DNA of 64,000 bases. It comes from Octopus sinensis (taxonomy: Eukaryota). The translations under genes were made by a program, and so were the position numbers. Shown here one piece after another: positions 1 through 12,979 of this stretch; position 1 is the stretch's first letter; the number at the start of each line of letters is the position of its first letter. The stretch lies in NCBI RefSeq assembly GCF_006345805.1, contig NC_043000.1, positions 125,178,001 through 125,242,000 on the forward strand. Direction: 5' to 3'. The notes beneath the pieces are model-generated. The model searched no databases and was not told the DNA's origin. It saw only the letters and a program-made list of their open reading frames with translations.

Positions 1-80
1 ATATGCAACTATATGCGTGAGAATACATACATAAAACAAAACATACAAATCTTCACATATACATACATACAAACAAAAAT

Positions 81-374
81 ACCCTGTTGTTAATGTTTAA
101 ATTCCAATGAAGGAGCCTCAAATCTTGGTTAGAAACCGACTCTTTCTCTATTGGCAAGAAATCTTGAAATAAAACTGAACCATAACATACATACATACAT
201 GCATACATACATACATAGATACATACATACATACATACATACATACATACATACATACATACATACATACCCTGTTGTTGATGTTGAAATTCCAATGAAG
301 GAGCCTTGGATCTAGGTTAGAAACTGGCTCTTTCTGTATTGGCAAGAAATCTTGAAATAAAACTGAACAATAAC
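81..374 (+). mobile_element. Two tandem ~105-bp repeat units embedded in an (ATAC)n array, likely 3' ends of a microsatellite-targeting non-LTR retrotransposon
   Basis: 81-186 and 270-374 are diverged direct copies (ccctgttgtt...ggcaagaaatcttgaaataaaactgaac..taac), each followed by (ATAC)n. Confidence 0.55.
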
Positions 375-392
375 ATACATACATATATACAC

Positions 393-650
393 GTATGGTT
401 AAAGGAACTACGAAGTGAGTATTGTGCAAATGCCTCTCCCAAAATACATAACATCACTGGTGAAACACTTCTGATGGTTATTAATAAACTGCCAAATGGA
501 AAAATCACCTGGGAGAGACCTGACAGTAGGCTACTGGTAATAAAAGCTCATGGGAAATTCTCATGCGCTTGTTTAATAAATGGACACTTTGTCAAATATA
601 CAAAACTGGTTGATGGTTATATGGACTACTGTTATCACCAACAACAAAGA
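393..650 (+). pseudogene. Degenerate R4/Dong-like non-LTR reverse transcriptase fragment
   Basis: Translation with one frameshift gives ...VINKLPNGK/SPGRDLTVGYW, resembling the K(A/S)PGxDxIxx(Y/F)W motif N-terminal to non-LTR RT domains. Confidence 0.5.
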
Positions 651-761
651 GACCCATGTGGTCATGTGACCCTAGACTCACAAAGCATAAAAATATACAC
701 TCTTCGGGTGGATCATGGAGATGGGATCGGCAAAGCAGAGAAATGGATAGGTATTCAGGTA

Positions 762-1066
762 ATGCTGTATGGTCAAGAACTTTGCTCCCCTACCATGTGG
801 TTTCAGGTTCAGTCCCACTGTGTGGCATCTTGAGAAGTTTCTTTCTCTATAGCCCCAGGCCAACCAAAGTCTTGTAAGTGGATTTGATTGCTGGAAACTG
901 AAAGAAGCCCTCAGGTGTGTGTATGTCTAGTCACGGAGGAAACTTGCCTGACTTGAAACTAAGTAAGGGTTGGTGACAGTAAGGGCATTCGACCATAAAT
1001 ATCTGCCGCAATAAAGTTCATCCAGTTCATGTAAGCATGGAAAACTGGACAGTAAAACAATGACGT
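762..1066 (+). mobile_element. Diverged tRNA-derived SINE (family A head, RTE-like 3' tail)
   Basis: gctgtatggtcaagaactttgct...ggttcagtcccactg head matches the family A copies; tail gggttggtgacag..agggcat...agcatggaaaactggac resembles the RTE 3' end. Confidence 0.6.
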
Positions 1067-3132
1067 TACACATCAACGTACATACACAGCAGGCTTCTGC
1101 ACAGTTTTTGCCTACCAAATTTCATTCATATTGCATTCAAAGACCTGAGGTAACGATAGAAGACACTTGTCCCAGATACCATGCAGTGAAATCATACTCA
1201 GAACTACAAGTATGACATGAACTTCTAAACCACACAATCATTCCAATAATTTCATTTCAATTCTTCTTCTTTGGTAAAGACTTCACCTAAGATCTAAGAC
1301 TTCACTGCTGCTCATAGCATACCAATTTATTCAATTTTATGTCCTTATTTTTACCAATGCATGCAGACCACTTTTTTTTCTTTTGTCTTTGAAAAGCTCT
1401 CATATTAAACACAATATTTGTACCCATCTCTAAGATAATCTTGTTATATATCCAGAAACATTCTCTATTTTGTTAATATATATTTTTTCATAACCTGTCA
1501 CTGCAACAAAAGACTTTTACATTGTATTGTAATTAAGACTAAATTGAAAGTTATGTTCTACCCATCTACATAAAACTAAATCTAGAGAAGCTTAACAACA
1601 AAAATAAATTAGTGTTCTAGTAACCATTTAATAAATTTAAGTAATACATGCGGTGAACCATTGATTGGTTTGTTGGGCCACCACCACCACCACCACCATC
1701 ACCATCACCATCACTCCCCACTCTTTGAGCTCACACATCCATCGAGGCTTTTGTTCAGGAATGCATGTAATTAAAAAATAAATAAATTTTCTCATTCCAA
1801 TATAAAATTATTTTAATACTTTTTTTTAATGTATATATATATATTTATACTTTTTGAAATACTTTTATAGTTTGGTAGGTTGAGTAAAAAGCAAGGCAAA
1901 AACAAATAGATATCACCTAAGTGTTAAAATCATTGGCAAATAAAACAGAAGAGATAACTACATTAGGTTGTACTGCTGATGCATGCCAAGATAAATAGAG
2001 ATATGAGTTAATGGCTGAAGGTACTCTTGGTAGAGGTAAGCCATAGAATTGTTTGGAAGAGGTTGGTGTTGTTGCTGTTGTTGCTTAGCTCCAGGTCAGC
2101 TCTGATCAGACCTATGATCAAATACATTGAAGCTGAGACCACTCACTCTTTTTTTTTTTTTTTTTGCAGATAAGAGAGATTGAGGTCAGAGGTATGTTAG
2201 GGTGGTTATAGCGAACTGAGGACAGCGATTAATGTCGGGGGGGGGGGGGGTGCTGTCTGATGTAAGATATAGATATGAGAGGGTGTTAAAGATGAGGTAT
2301 GGCAATCTTAAGATGTAGCTCAGAAGAGAGGGAGAGCTAACTGGAAGCACAGGAAGGGGTGATTGATGGAAAATAAATGTGTGAAGAGATGATATTGAGA
2401 ATGAGGAATGGAGTTTTAAAGGAAATGGTTCCAGGGAAAGTGGGAAATGACTGATAGCATAGTTAGAAGAGTGATGGATAGGTGGATGTTAGGAAGATGG
2501 GAGGTGGGGAAACCTTGGCAGGAATAGATTGGGTATAAAGCCAGAGTTTAGTGAGTGGATAGACATAAGCATAATGCTTTTAGGACATCATTTTTGTGGT
2601 GGCAGACAAAAGACTTCTTGAAGACATTGAATCACCAATCATCTCAGCCCCATGTCATCTTCACTGCAAAGCTCAGCATCTTGACACCAACCTTCTTTAT
2701 TTCATCCTATCTTTTTCCCAGGCCACCCACTTCTATGTGTGGCATCTACTTTAAGCATTTGGCACTTTTTTATACAGCTGTCATCATTCATATACATCAC
2801 CTAAGTATACAAGCTCAGGCTTCTCTCTTGCACACTACATCTGATTCCTTTTATACCCAATTTTTCTCTCAACTCATTTGCATGTTGTTGCACAGAGAGG
2901 TACATCCAATGGAACATACTAGCTTAATTCCTCTCCAGTCTTTACATGTACTCTGCATTCAGGGCTCATGTTTCACAACTAAATAGCTTTGCCAGCCACA
3001 CCTTCCATTCTGTGAGAGAGATCTTTTGTTCTCAACAGAGGTAATAAATCTCTGAACGTTCTCCAATCATTCTTATTCTCATAACTATACTTTAGGTCAT
3101 GTTGGTAATGGAAACTACATGGCATATATATA

Positions 3133-3179
<47 letters not shown>

Positions 3180-3509
3180 GCTTGAGGAGACCTACTGAGT
3201 CAAGTACATCAATATCAAAATAAAAATCAAATGGAAATTGTATTTGTGATACCTGTACTGATGGCACATAAAAAACACCAACCAAATGAGGCCGATGCTA
3301 GCACTGTCTTGACTGGCATCCATGCCGATGGCACGTAAAAACCAACCAACTGATCGTGGACGTTGCCAGCCTCCTCTGGCACGTAAAAAGCACCCACTAC
3401 ACTCATGGAGTGATTGGCGTTAGGAAGGACATCCAGCTGTAGAAACACTGCCAGATCCAACCCATGCTAGCATGGAAAACGGACGTTAAACGATGATGAT
3501 GATGATGAT
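3180..3509 (+). mobile_element. RTE-type LINE 3' end with (GAT)n tail
   Basis: ggcacgtaaaaagcacc units, ggcgttaggaaggacatccagc, cccatgctagcatggaaaacggacgttaaac(gat)n; same 3' end as the RT-bearing copy at 33.9-35.4 kb. Confidence 0.8.
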
Positions 3510-3520
3510 ATATATATCTA

Positions 3521-3558
<38 letters not shown>

Positions 3559-3634
3559 TATAAATATCGGTTTTTTTTTTTTGGGAAAGCCATAAAAAGC
3601 GGATAAGTAGCATACTTTAAGGAGCAGAGCAGTC

Positions 3635-3801
3635 TATATTATTACTGGTGTAGACTGGTTTATAGGGTTACCCTGCGTTTCTCACCATAAAGAGGTCACA
3701 GGCCAACAGGTGATAATGTCTGAAGATATGCCATAAAGGTACCGTTTATGGTGAGAAACTTAGGGTAACTTTATAAGCCAGCCTACACCAGTAATAATAT
3801 A
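3635..3801. mobile_element. Foldback element near TA tracts containing a type I hammerhead-like motif (3713-3774, + strand)
   Basis: Arms tatattattactggtgtag...tttctcaccataaa / tttatggtgagaaa...ctacaccagtaataatata; CTGAAGA 3720-3726, stem II gccataaa/tttatggt, GAAAC 3755-3759, GTA 3765-3767. Confidence 0.6.
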
Positions 3802-3816
3802 CATATATATATATAT

Positions 3817-4208
3817 AGGAGTGGCTATGTGGTAAGAAGCTTACTTCCCAACAACATGGTTCCAAGTTCTGTTCCATTGCATGGCACCTTGGACAAGTGT
3901 CTTCTGCCATGGCTTCATGTGGACCAAAGTATTGTGAGTGGATTTGGTAGGCAGAAACTGAAAGAAGCCTGTTAAATATTTATACATATGTATGTATTTG
4001 TGTGTCTGTGTTTGTCCCCTCACCATTGCTTGACAACTGATGGTGGTGTGTGTTTATGTCCCCACAACTTAACGGTCCAGCAAAAGAAACCAATAGAATA
4101 TATACTTGGCTTACAAAGAATAATTCTTGGGGTTGATTTCTTCAACTAAAGGTGGTGCTCCAGCATGGCTGCAGTCAAATGACTGAAACAAGTAAAAGGA
4201 TAAAAGAA
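3817..4208 (+). mobile_element. tRNA-derived SINE family A
   Basis: ggagtggctatgtggtaag (A-box-like) head, caccttggacaagtgtctt, internal TA/TG microsatellite, tail gctccagcatggctgcagtcaaatgactgaaacaagtaaaag. Confidence 0.8.
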
Positions 4209-4680
4209 TATATCATCATCACCATCGTCATCATCACCATCATTTAACATGTTTTCTATTGCTGGCATGGGTTAGACAGCCTGATTGGAGCTGGCAAGCT
4301 AGCGTCTTCTTTGGCATGGTTTCCATGGCTGCCCACCCTTCTTAATGCCAACCACTTTATAGAATTTACTGGGTGCTGTTTACGTGGAAATGGCACTAGT
4401 GAGATCACCAAATAACTTCTAAGACAGGACTTTCACTAGAGGGAGGAGTAGTACTGAGGTAGGGTGAATTTATGTCAGATTAAAGCATAATAGAAAGACA
4501 GGAAAAGGTATCTTGTAAGAAATATAGTGTCACCCTTTGTAAAATATTTAGTGTTACCCTTTATGGAGGGGAGCACTAAGCAGTGATAAGTAAAATTGCA
4601 ATGTTATCATCAATTGAATGTGCTTGAAGCACGTTTGAACTGGGAAACAAACTACTCACTGCATTTTGTCATGGATAATA

Positions 4681-5245
4681 TTGGTTGTCCAGAAAGTTTG
4701 TGCTGATTTTTAAAGGAAAGAAAAAGGTCAATAAATACTTGACATTACATTTTTAATCACCTAAATATGAACCATTTTGTTGAACAATGCATCTCCATCT
4801 TTTCTTTAACTTGAAAATACCCTCTTCCCAGAATTGAGGTGGTTTCATGGCAAAGAACTCATCAAAGTATCTTTTTACGTCATCCAAGGAATTGAAATTT
4901 TTACCATTAAGACTATTCTGCAGAGACCTGAATTAGTTAAAATCCAAAGGAGCAATATCTGGTGAATATGGAGGGTGGGGTAACACATCCCAGCCAAGCT
5001 GCAGCAATTTTTGTCTGGTTCCCAAAGCATCAAGTGCCGAAAATGAACTTTCTTATCTTCCAATTTAAAGGCTTACAGAATTAACACAGGTTATAGGAAC
5101 ATAAACCTTCTTCCATGAAAAGATAGCTTAAACTATGCTCTAAATGGAGGTGTGGTCAAATCCTATTTTATGGACTCAACCATGTTCTAAAATAAGTCAA
5201 AAGGTAAGCTACTATAAATCGGCACAAACTTTCCAGGCAACTCAA
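4681..5245 (-). mobile_element. Internally deleted mariner transposon
   Basis: ~28-bp TIRs ttggttgtccagaaagtttgtgctgattt / aaatcggcacaaactttccaggcaactcaa flanked by TA; minus strand encodes MEDKKVHFRHLML fused to LGWDVLPHPPYSPDIAPLD...WEEGIFKLKERWRCIVQQNGSY, typical mariner transposase ends. Confidence 0.9.
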
Positions 5246-5977
5246 TATATCTTGCTTGTTGATAAATGATGTGTATACACATAGATCAGCTTGCAGCTGA
5301 TCTAGGTGTATACACACCATTTGTCGAATATGCATTAAGTATATTCAGAGTTATAACATTGCAATATCATGTTACCCAGTTGGAAAAGAGAAACTGGGGT
5401 GAAGGTATGCCGGGGCATACATGTCTATATGTGTGCATTGGTGCGTATGTATGTGAATCCATTTGAATGTTAATATCCCATAAAATTTCCTCCGCATCAC
5501 CTGAGTGGAACAGTGATATGATGCTTACATTCATTCCTCAGTGACATTACAGCCTGCCTCTGAAAACTTGTGGAATAAAAAATCCCTTACCAAAAAAAAT
5601 TAGGTAAGGGTTGGTAACAGGAAGACTGTCCAGCCATATAATCCATGTTAGCACAGGGAAAAAACAGATGCTAGACAAACAGACAAGTGTGTCTGATTTT
5701 TGTAAGATTTGGCTGCCATTTCTAGCCTTCCATCAACAACATGGAAGAGTTTCCTTACATTAGGTCACTTTTGGAAAGGCATAGTTAGAACAGTTCTGAG
5801 AGCATTAAGCTTCATGAAAATGAAGACCTAATTAGCTAATGGTCTAATGAGTTCTCAAAGATGCATGATAAAGTGGCATGAAGATGCATCAAGATATGCT
5901 GTGCTACGACCCCTTTTAATCATTAGCAGGTTTGACAAACGGATATAAAAACATGGCGTTGAGGGCAGCTGTGCTGG

Positions 5978-6125
5978 TGAAGATGATGAAGATGATGTTG
6001 ATGACAATGATGATGACGAAGACAATGATGATGATGATGATGATGATGACAATGATGACGACAATGATGACGATAATGATGACGAAGACAATGATGATGA
6101 TTATGATGATGAGGAGGAGGACGAC
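5978..6125. repeat. (GAT/GAC)n trinucleotide microsatellite
   Basis: Direct reading. Confidence 0.9.
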
Positions 6126-6459
6126 TTGTGGTTACTGTCGTGGTTGCGGGATTGACGAGGAGGAGAAGCTGGAGAAGAGGAATGGAGAAGGAGAAGAGGT
6201 GAAGGGAAGGAGCTGGTGAAAGAATAAAATAGGAGAGAATGGCACCAGCAATGACGAGGATGAGTTAAAGAATTTGCCATATAGTGATAATAAAACTACT
6301 TGAATAAAACATTGGCGTGTCAAAACGAATCCTCATAAACCTCATATATATTTAAATTTGCAGGGCCAGACAATATTACATTCAGGATATTCAGGGTAAA
6401 ATATCCAAAATGGGCATGAATCATATCCATAAATCAATCAACCCTACGCATAAACAGTT

Positions 6460-6840
6460 CATGCATGCATATATCAATGTATGTATGTATGTATGTATGT
6501 ATGTATGTATGTATGTATGTATGTATGTATGTATGTATGCATGCATACATGCATGCATATGTGTATGCATGTATGTATGTATGTGTGCATGTATGTATGC
6601 ATGTATGTGTGTGTATACATGTATGCATTTAGTATATATGTATACATATGTGTGTGTGTATGTATATACAAATATATATACATATATATATATACACATA
6701 TATATATACATATATATACATATATATATACATATATATACATATATATATATACATATATATACATATATATATGCGTGTAAGTATTTATATATATATA
6801 TGTGCGTGTGTGTGTATATATATATGTGTATGCATAACTT

Positions 6841-6885
<45 letters not shown>
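6460..6885. repeat. Compound (TATG)n/(TA)n/(TG)n microsatellite
   Basis: Direct reading. Confidence 0.95.
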
Positions 6886-7603
6886 TAATGTGTAAACTTA
6901 ATGGACATAAAATGTTCCATTGAGCCTGGTTTCATGGGCAAACCCAGTTTCTGAGTCATCATCCATCATTGATTAACACTTTTACATCCACGCCCTGTTC
7001 TTTATGCCTTTCATAAAATATCAGGGGATATGCAGCATCACAACAGCAATATCAATAATAACAAGAATAATTCTAGGATTTCAAAGAATACTTTTGTATG
7101 TTTTGGTTCAATATATATTTCTATAATTACACTCCGAAAATTCATCTGTTAAAATTTTTCCTATTTTAAAACAATATTTTTGGGGGTTTTTTAATGTGTC
7201 CTTGAAACTAAACCAATTTCCTTCACATGCTGTGTTCAAATTCTAGTGGGGTCACAATTACTGTTGTTCCTTCTGGGGGTCATAAAATAATACCAGTTAT
7301 GTACTGGGGTCATTTTAACTGACCATTCTTCACCCAAAAATTGGAGTCACAGTATCTATATAAGAAATCTGGGTTTTTTTTTCGTTTTCCAATTTTTCCC
7401 ATTATTTTTATGCTCACTTTTACCATTCCAGTATTGGTTTAATGAAACATTTTGATTTCACAGTTTGGCACAAGGCCAGCAATTTCGAGGCAGGGGTAAG
7501 TCAATTACATTGACCCCAGTACTCAACTGGTACTTATTTTATTGACCCTGAAAGTATGAAAGGTAAGATCAATCTCGCCAGAATTTAAAATCAGAACCAA
7601 GCG

Positions 7604-7965
7604 TTGGGCCCCATGGAGGCAAAGGGCTGAGTTCCTTTTGGGCTTCATGGAGGCCTTTGACATTATGTCATGCTTGAGAAGAAAAGACCCTTCAAGCCAA
7701 GGAAAATCGCAGCCATGGCAGATAATGGTGTCACGCAAATGGCACCCATGCCAGTGGCACATAAAAGCACCATTACACTTTGAGAGTGGTTGGCGTTAGA
7801 AAGGGCATCCAGCCGTAGAAAACCATGCCAAATCAGACTGGAGCCTGGTGCAGCCTTCCAGCATATCAGCCCAGTCAAACCGTTCCAACCCATGCCAGCA
7901 TGGACAACAGACGTTAAATGATGACGACGACGATAATGATGATGATGATGAGGAGGAGGATGATA

Positions 7966-8010
<45 letters not shown>
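7604..8010 (+). mobile_element. RTE-type LINE 3' end with expanded (GAT)n tail
   Basis: gtggttggcgttagaaagggcatccagcc...cccatgccagcatggacaacagacgttaaa(tga)n. Confidence 0.75.
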
Positions 8011-8014
<4 letters not shown>

Positions 8015-8530
8015 TGAGAACAGTCAAAATGCTGCAAAGCATTTTACCCAGTATGCTAATGGTTCTGTCAGCTCACCAACTTTGTTGAATGAGATTACAA
8101 AGACACTATTCTGCAGCCAGGTGCCATTTTTTTTCATGCCAACTTCTATTTATTTTCAAATAAGGTACTCTATCACCTGTCTTTGCATGCTGAACTTCTA
8201 AGCTGAAAAATGTTATAACTTTTCATCACTCTTTTGTTGTAATTAATTTACTGTTACCAAGACAAGCAGAATTCCATGTACATTTACCTAAAGAGATTAT
8301 GGACTTCCAGCCAGCATGTCTGAAGAGTTGTTAATATTGCCAATAGCCAGCACCAAATTGTTGGTAATATTCTCATCAATTATATGCTATAATTAAAAAT
8401 ATACTGCTTGACAATATAAATATCTATCTATCTCTCTAACTATCTAGCCATCTCTCTATCTGTTTGTTTGTCTGTCTATCTATCTATCTACCTGTGTATC
8501 TGTCTGTCTATCTATTCATTTATCTCATAT

Positions 8531-8744
8531 CTCTTTACTCTTACTCTTTTACTTGTTTCAGTCATTTGACTGCGGCCATGCTGGAGCACCGCCTTTAGTT
8601 GAACAAATCGACCCCGGGACTTATTCTTTGTAAGCCCAGTACTTATTCTATCGGTCTCTTTTGCCGAACCGCTAAGTGACGGGGACGTTAACACACCAGC
8701 ATCGGTTGTCAAGCAATGCTAGGGGGACAAACACAGACACACAA

Positions 8745-8781
<37 letters not shown>

Positions 8782-8946
8782 CGACAGGCTTCTTTCAGTT
8801 TCCGTCTACCAAATCCACTCACAAGGCATTGGTCGGCCCGGGGCTATAGCAGAAGACACTTGCCCAAGATGTCACGCAGTGGGACTGAACCCAGAACCAT
8901 GTGGTTGGTTAGCAAGCTACTTACCACACAGCCACTCCTGCGCCTA
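8531..8946 (-). mobile_element. tRNA-derived SINE family A, full length, CpG-retaining (young)
   Basis: Reverse complement of aggcgcaggagtggctgtgtggtaag...ggttcagtcccactgcg...gactgaaacaagtaaaagag. Confidence 0.9.
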
Positions 8947-9005
8947 TATATATATATATATAATCTAGTAGCCCTGTGTCGGCAAGACTTGAAAAAATAT
9001 AGATA

Positions 9006-9238
9006 AAAGTGAAAAGGATACAGTGAACTTGCTGTGAGGAGTGGAACATCCGTTTCAGATTCAATCCTTCGTCAGGGGTTAGAGAAAAAGAGAAGTAAGC
9101 CAAACCGAGTTTACATCTTCTCAGCTTGAAACTCTTTTTGACTTTCTTCTCTTTTTCTCTACCCCTTGGTGAAGGACTGAATCCGAAATGTTGGATGTTC
9201 CACTCTGCACAGCAAGTTCGCTGTACCCTTTTCACATT
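9006..9238. mobile_element. Foldback element between TA tracts with minimal hammerhead-like motif in both arms
   Basis: Arms 9006-9095 and 9145-9238 are reverse complements; left arm minus strand reads cccCTGACGAaggattgaatctGAAAcgg, right arm cccttggtgaaggactgaatccGAAAtgttgg. Confidence 0.65.
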
Positions 9239-9306
<68 letters not shown>

Positions 9307-9439
9307 GGCATTATACATACATGCCAGAAGGCATTATACATACATGCCAAACGCTAAGAGGGACAATCAGTCATTTCTACCAAAAATATTACTAATCCTA
9401 CCGAATGCAATTTTTCAAAGTAAGACATTTAAAAATATA

Positions 9440-9485
9440 GACCTGTATCACAGTGATTTCATACTTACGTAATCATCAGCAGGCC
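9440..9485 (-). ncRNA. Type I hammerhead ribozyme motif
   Basis: Minus strand: GGCCTG CTGATGA t tac-gtaa-gta t GAAA tcac t gtga TA CAGGTC. Confidence 0.7.
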
Positions 9486-9839
9486 TGAATGTATTATAAA
9501 TAAACAACGACCCTGCCCCGCTTAAGCCGATCAGCTAACTGATCAACATCAACGAAGCACATGGGTGAGTTTACATATATTACATCCGGGTAAATGGCAA
9601 ACTTTTACGAATTGCATTTCGGGAGAGGAAAAGTTTTTTCGGAATAAAAATTTAGCAATTAAGGACAACTACTTAATAAGGAAAACTTAACAAGAAATTG
9701 TCAGGTAGATAGCGTAAAAACCTCATAAGAGAAAAAATTTCGAAAATAATTATTTCTTATTGAACATATTAATTTATATATAGAGGGCATTATACATACA
9801 TGCCAGAAGGCATATCGTTGTTTATTTATAATACATTCA

Positions 9840-9885
9840 GGCCTGCTGATGATTACGTAAGTATGAAATCACTCTGATACAGGTC
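9840..9885 (+). ncRNA. Type I hammerhead ribozyme motif (one stem III mismatch)
   Basis: ggcctg CTGATGA ttacgtaagtat GAAA tcactctga TA caggtc. Confidence 0.65.
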
Positions 9886-10318
9886 TATATTTTTAAATGT
9901 CTTACTTTGAAAAATTGCATTCGGTAGGATTAGTAATATTTTTGGTAGAAATGACTGATTGTCCCTCTTAGCGTTTGGCATGTATGTATAATGCCTTCTG
10001 GCATGTATGTATAATGCCCTCTATATATAAATTAATATGTTCAATAAGAAATAATTATTTTCGAAATTTTTTCTCTTATGAGGTTTTTACGCTACCTACC
10101 TGACAATTTCTTGTTAAGTTTTCCTTAATAAGTAGTTGTCCTTAATTGCTAAATTTTTATTCCGAAAAAACTTTTCCTCTCCCGAAATGCAATTCGTAAA
10201 AGTTTGCCATTTACCCGGATGTAATATATGTAAACTCACCCATGTGCTTCGTTGATGTTGATCAGTTAGCTGATCGGCTTAAGCGGGGCAGGGTCGTTGT
10301 TTATTTATAATACATTCA

Positions 10319-10364
10319 GGCCTGCTGATGATTACGTAAGTATGAAATCACTGTGATACAGGTC
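10319..10364 (+). ncRNA. Type I hammerhead ribozyme motif
   Basis: ggcctg CTGATGA ttacgtaagtat GAAA tcac t gtga TA caggtc; 6-bp stem I, palindromic stem III. Confidence 0.7.
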
Positions 10365-10655
10365 TATATTTTTAAATGTCTTACTTTGAAAAATTGCATT
10401 CGGTAGGATTAGTAATATTTTTGGTAGAAATGACTGATTGTCCCTCTTAGCGTTTGGCATGTATGTATAATGCCTTCTGGCATGTATGTATAATGCCCTC
10501 TATATATAAATTAATATGTTCAATAAGAAATAATTATTTTCGAAATTTTTTCTCTTATGAGGTTTTTACGCTATCTACCTGACAATTTCTTGTTAAGTTT
10601 TCCTTATTAAGTAGTTGTCCTTAATTGCTAAATATATATATATATATATATATAT

Positions 10656-10736
<81 letters not shown>

Positions 10737-11217
10737 CAGATAGATACTTCCAAACAAACATGATTTTTAAGGAAATCCTAATATTTTTAATGAACTTTTA
10801 AATATTTTCTCAAGACTTTTCCTTGTAAACTGTTTTTAACATTTTCTTATTTTTATCAAAGAATGTATATATGTATTTTAAAGAATGTATATATGTATTT
10901 TAATACTTTTGTGACAACCAGTACTTAACACAACAAAGCTTTACATTTTACTTTTGACAATCTTTTTCTAAAAAAGTGAAACCAGTCAAGTGAATAAGCA
11001 TCTTTAAAATTGCATTTTGAAACCTTCTTTCATATATATATCTATATATATATATCTATATATATATATATCTATATATATATATATATATACACACACA
11101 TATATACATATATTCCCACATGATTGGGAAGCAAGTGTGAAACTGTACTCAAACCTTATCATTGCAAAACAAACTTCCCAACCACACAGCAATGCATACA
11201 TCCATGCAGAAATCAGT

Positions 11218-11641
11218 ATTCTTTTCTACTCTAGGCACAAGACCTGAAATTTTGGGGGAAGGGAGCCAGTCGATTAGATCGACCCCAGTATGCAACTAGT
11301 AATTAACTTATTGACCCCGAAAGGATGAAAGGCAAAGTCAACCTCAGCAGAATTTGAACTCAGAATGTAAAGACAGATGGAATACTGCTAAGCTTTTCGC
11401 CCGGCATGCTAACGTTTCTTATTTCTTTACTACCCACAAGGGGCTAGACACAGAGGGGACAGACAAACGGATTAAGTCGATTATATCGACCTCGATGCAT
11501 AACTTGTACTTATTTAATCAACCCTGAAAGTATAAAAGGCAAAGTCAACCTCAGCAGAATTTGAACTCAGAACGTAGTGGCAGATGAAATACTGCTAAGC
11601 ATTTCACCCGGCATGCTAACGTTTCTGCCAGCTCACCGCCT
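11218..11641 (-). mobile_element. Two adjacent copies of tRNA-derived SINE family B
   Basis: Reverse complement of aggcggtgagctggcagaaacgttagc...gagttcaaattc (B-box)...gcctttcatcctttcggggtc; central block recalls the MetaSINE-type domain (from memory, unverified). Confidence 0.8.
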
Positions 11642-12511
11642 TTATTCAGAAATCAATATTATCAAACCTAAGTCTATAAAGCAGATTTGGAAAAAAGGAG
11701 AGAGAAACACAGAGAGTGGGAGAGAAAGATAAAAAATAACAGAGAGCAAGAGAGGGTGAGAGAGAGAGAGAAAGAGAGAGAGATAGAGAGAGATAATATA
11801 CATGTAGCAGGACTTTAAAAGTTGCTTTTGTGACATCGATTGGGAGTTAGTTGAAGTGTTCTACAGCAATGAAACAAAAGAAATCAGCTTCTTTTCTTGA
11901 GTAAAAGATTACAGCACCTTATTGAGTTATTCTCATTGGGATGGACATATATTGTACATGGATAGATTGGTATCTTTTGTTAGAAACAGATGCTTAAAAG
12001 ATTGATTTCCTGAAGCTTTTTGAGTCAAGGAATCATTTCTCTAGCCCGTTCACATTTATTCAATATTGCGGAACTCAACACAGATATGATACAATACCAT
12101 GAAAAATAACTGTTCTGCATGATTTTCTTTATAAGTCTAAGTATACGCCTGGAATATTATATCCATCTTAGATCTTAACATATATATTTATCTTGAGTTA
12201 TATTTATCTTGAATTTCACATAAAGGAACTTTTTTTTTATATATTCACTATCATTGTTTTACCAGATTTTCATTCCATTGAGCAATATGTAAATGAAAAA
12301 TCTTGCAGTTTCTCACATGGAATGTAGTCAATTATCAGTATCTTACTGGGATTGATCCTGTAGTTTGTTTTAATTTCTCTCATGGAACATTTATATAGAG
12401 TGTTTAAAATTTCATTCTAAGGATAGAGGCCGTCTGTGGTTGCTCATCTTCCTAGAAATGGCAACCAAATTTGAAATTACACCCTACTGTCTAACAAAAA
12501 GGAGGATGCAT

Positions 12512-12979
12512 TTAACCCTTTCATTACTGTATTTATTTTGAGATGATCTGTGTTTCTTTCAATTACTTTAAATATAACAAAGAATTTAGTAAAATAACTT
12601 AGTTATCATTCAGTTAGTGTTAGGAACATAAATGGTGACTAAGATTTGGTGGAAGATTTTTATTCAAAACTTATGAAAACAAGATATTTGTACTCAGAGC
12701 CTGATCCGGTTTCAGCTGGGTTGCTATCGAAAGGGTTAAATTAGTCATTTGTTAATCCTTTTGTTGTCATATTTCTGTTGTGATGCTCTGTGTTTCTTTC
12801 AGTTACTTTAAATATAACAAAGAATTTAGTAAAATGTCTTAGTTATCATTAAGCTAGTGTTAGGAACATAAATTGTGGCTAAGATTAGGTGGAAGATTTT
12901 AATTCAAAATTTATGAAAACAAGACATTTGTACTCAGAGCCAGAGCCGGTTTCAGCAGGATTGGTAATGAAAGGGTTAA
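12512..12979 (-). mobile_element. Dimer of ~225-bp TTAA-flanked (piggyBac-like) MITEs
   Basis: TTAA-CCCTTT...AAAGGG-TTAA termini; two related units (12512-12739, 12752-12979) joined by a 12-bp spacer. Confidence 0.8.

Larger units (their letters stand above)
9304..10633. mobile_element. Tandem + inverted 479-bp hammerhead-bearing repeat (retrozyme-like / non-autonomous PLE)
   Basis: Left arm 9304-9811 (~1.06 units) inverted relative to right arm 9815-10633 (~1.7 units); near-identical copies; flanked by (TA)n and (TA)n(GATA)n. Confidence 0.85.

Noticed and set aside
6364-6396. Micro-exon candidates (6364-6396, 38496-38525, 59363-59457)
   Set aside because: AG/GT-like boundaries only; expected by chance, with no homology evidence
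6410-6923. Many ORFs rich in YI/CV/HT, poly-D, poly-H or poly-M across the window
   Set aside because: Translations of stop-free microsatellites
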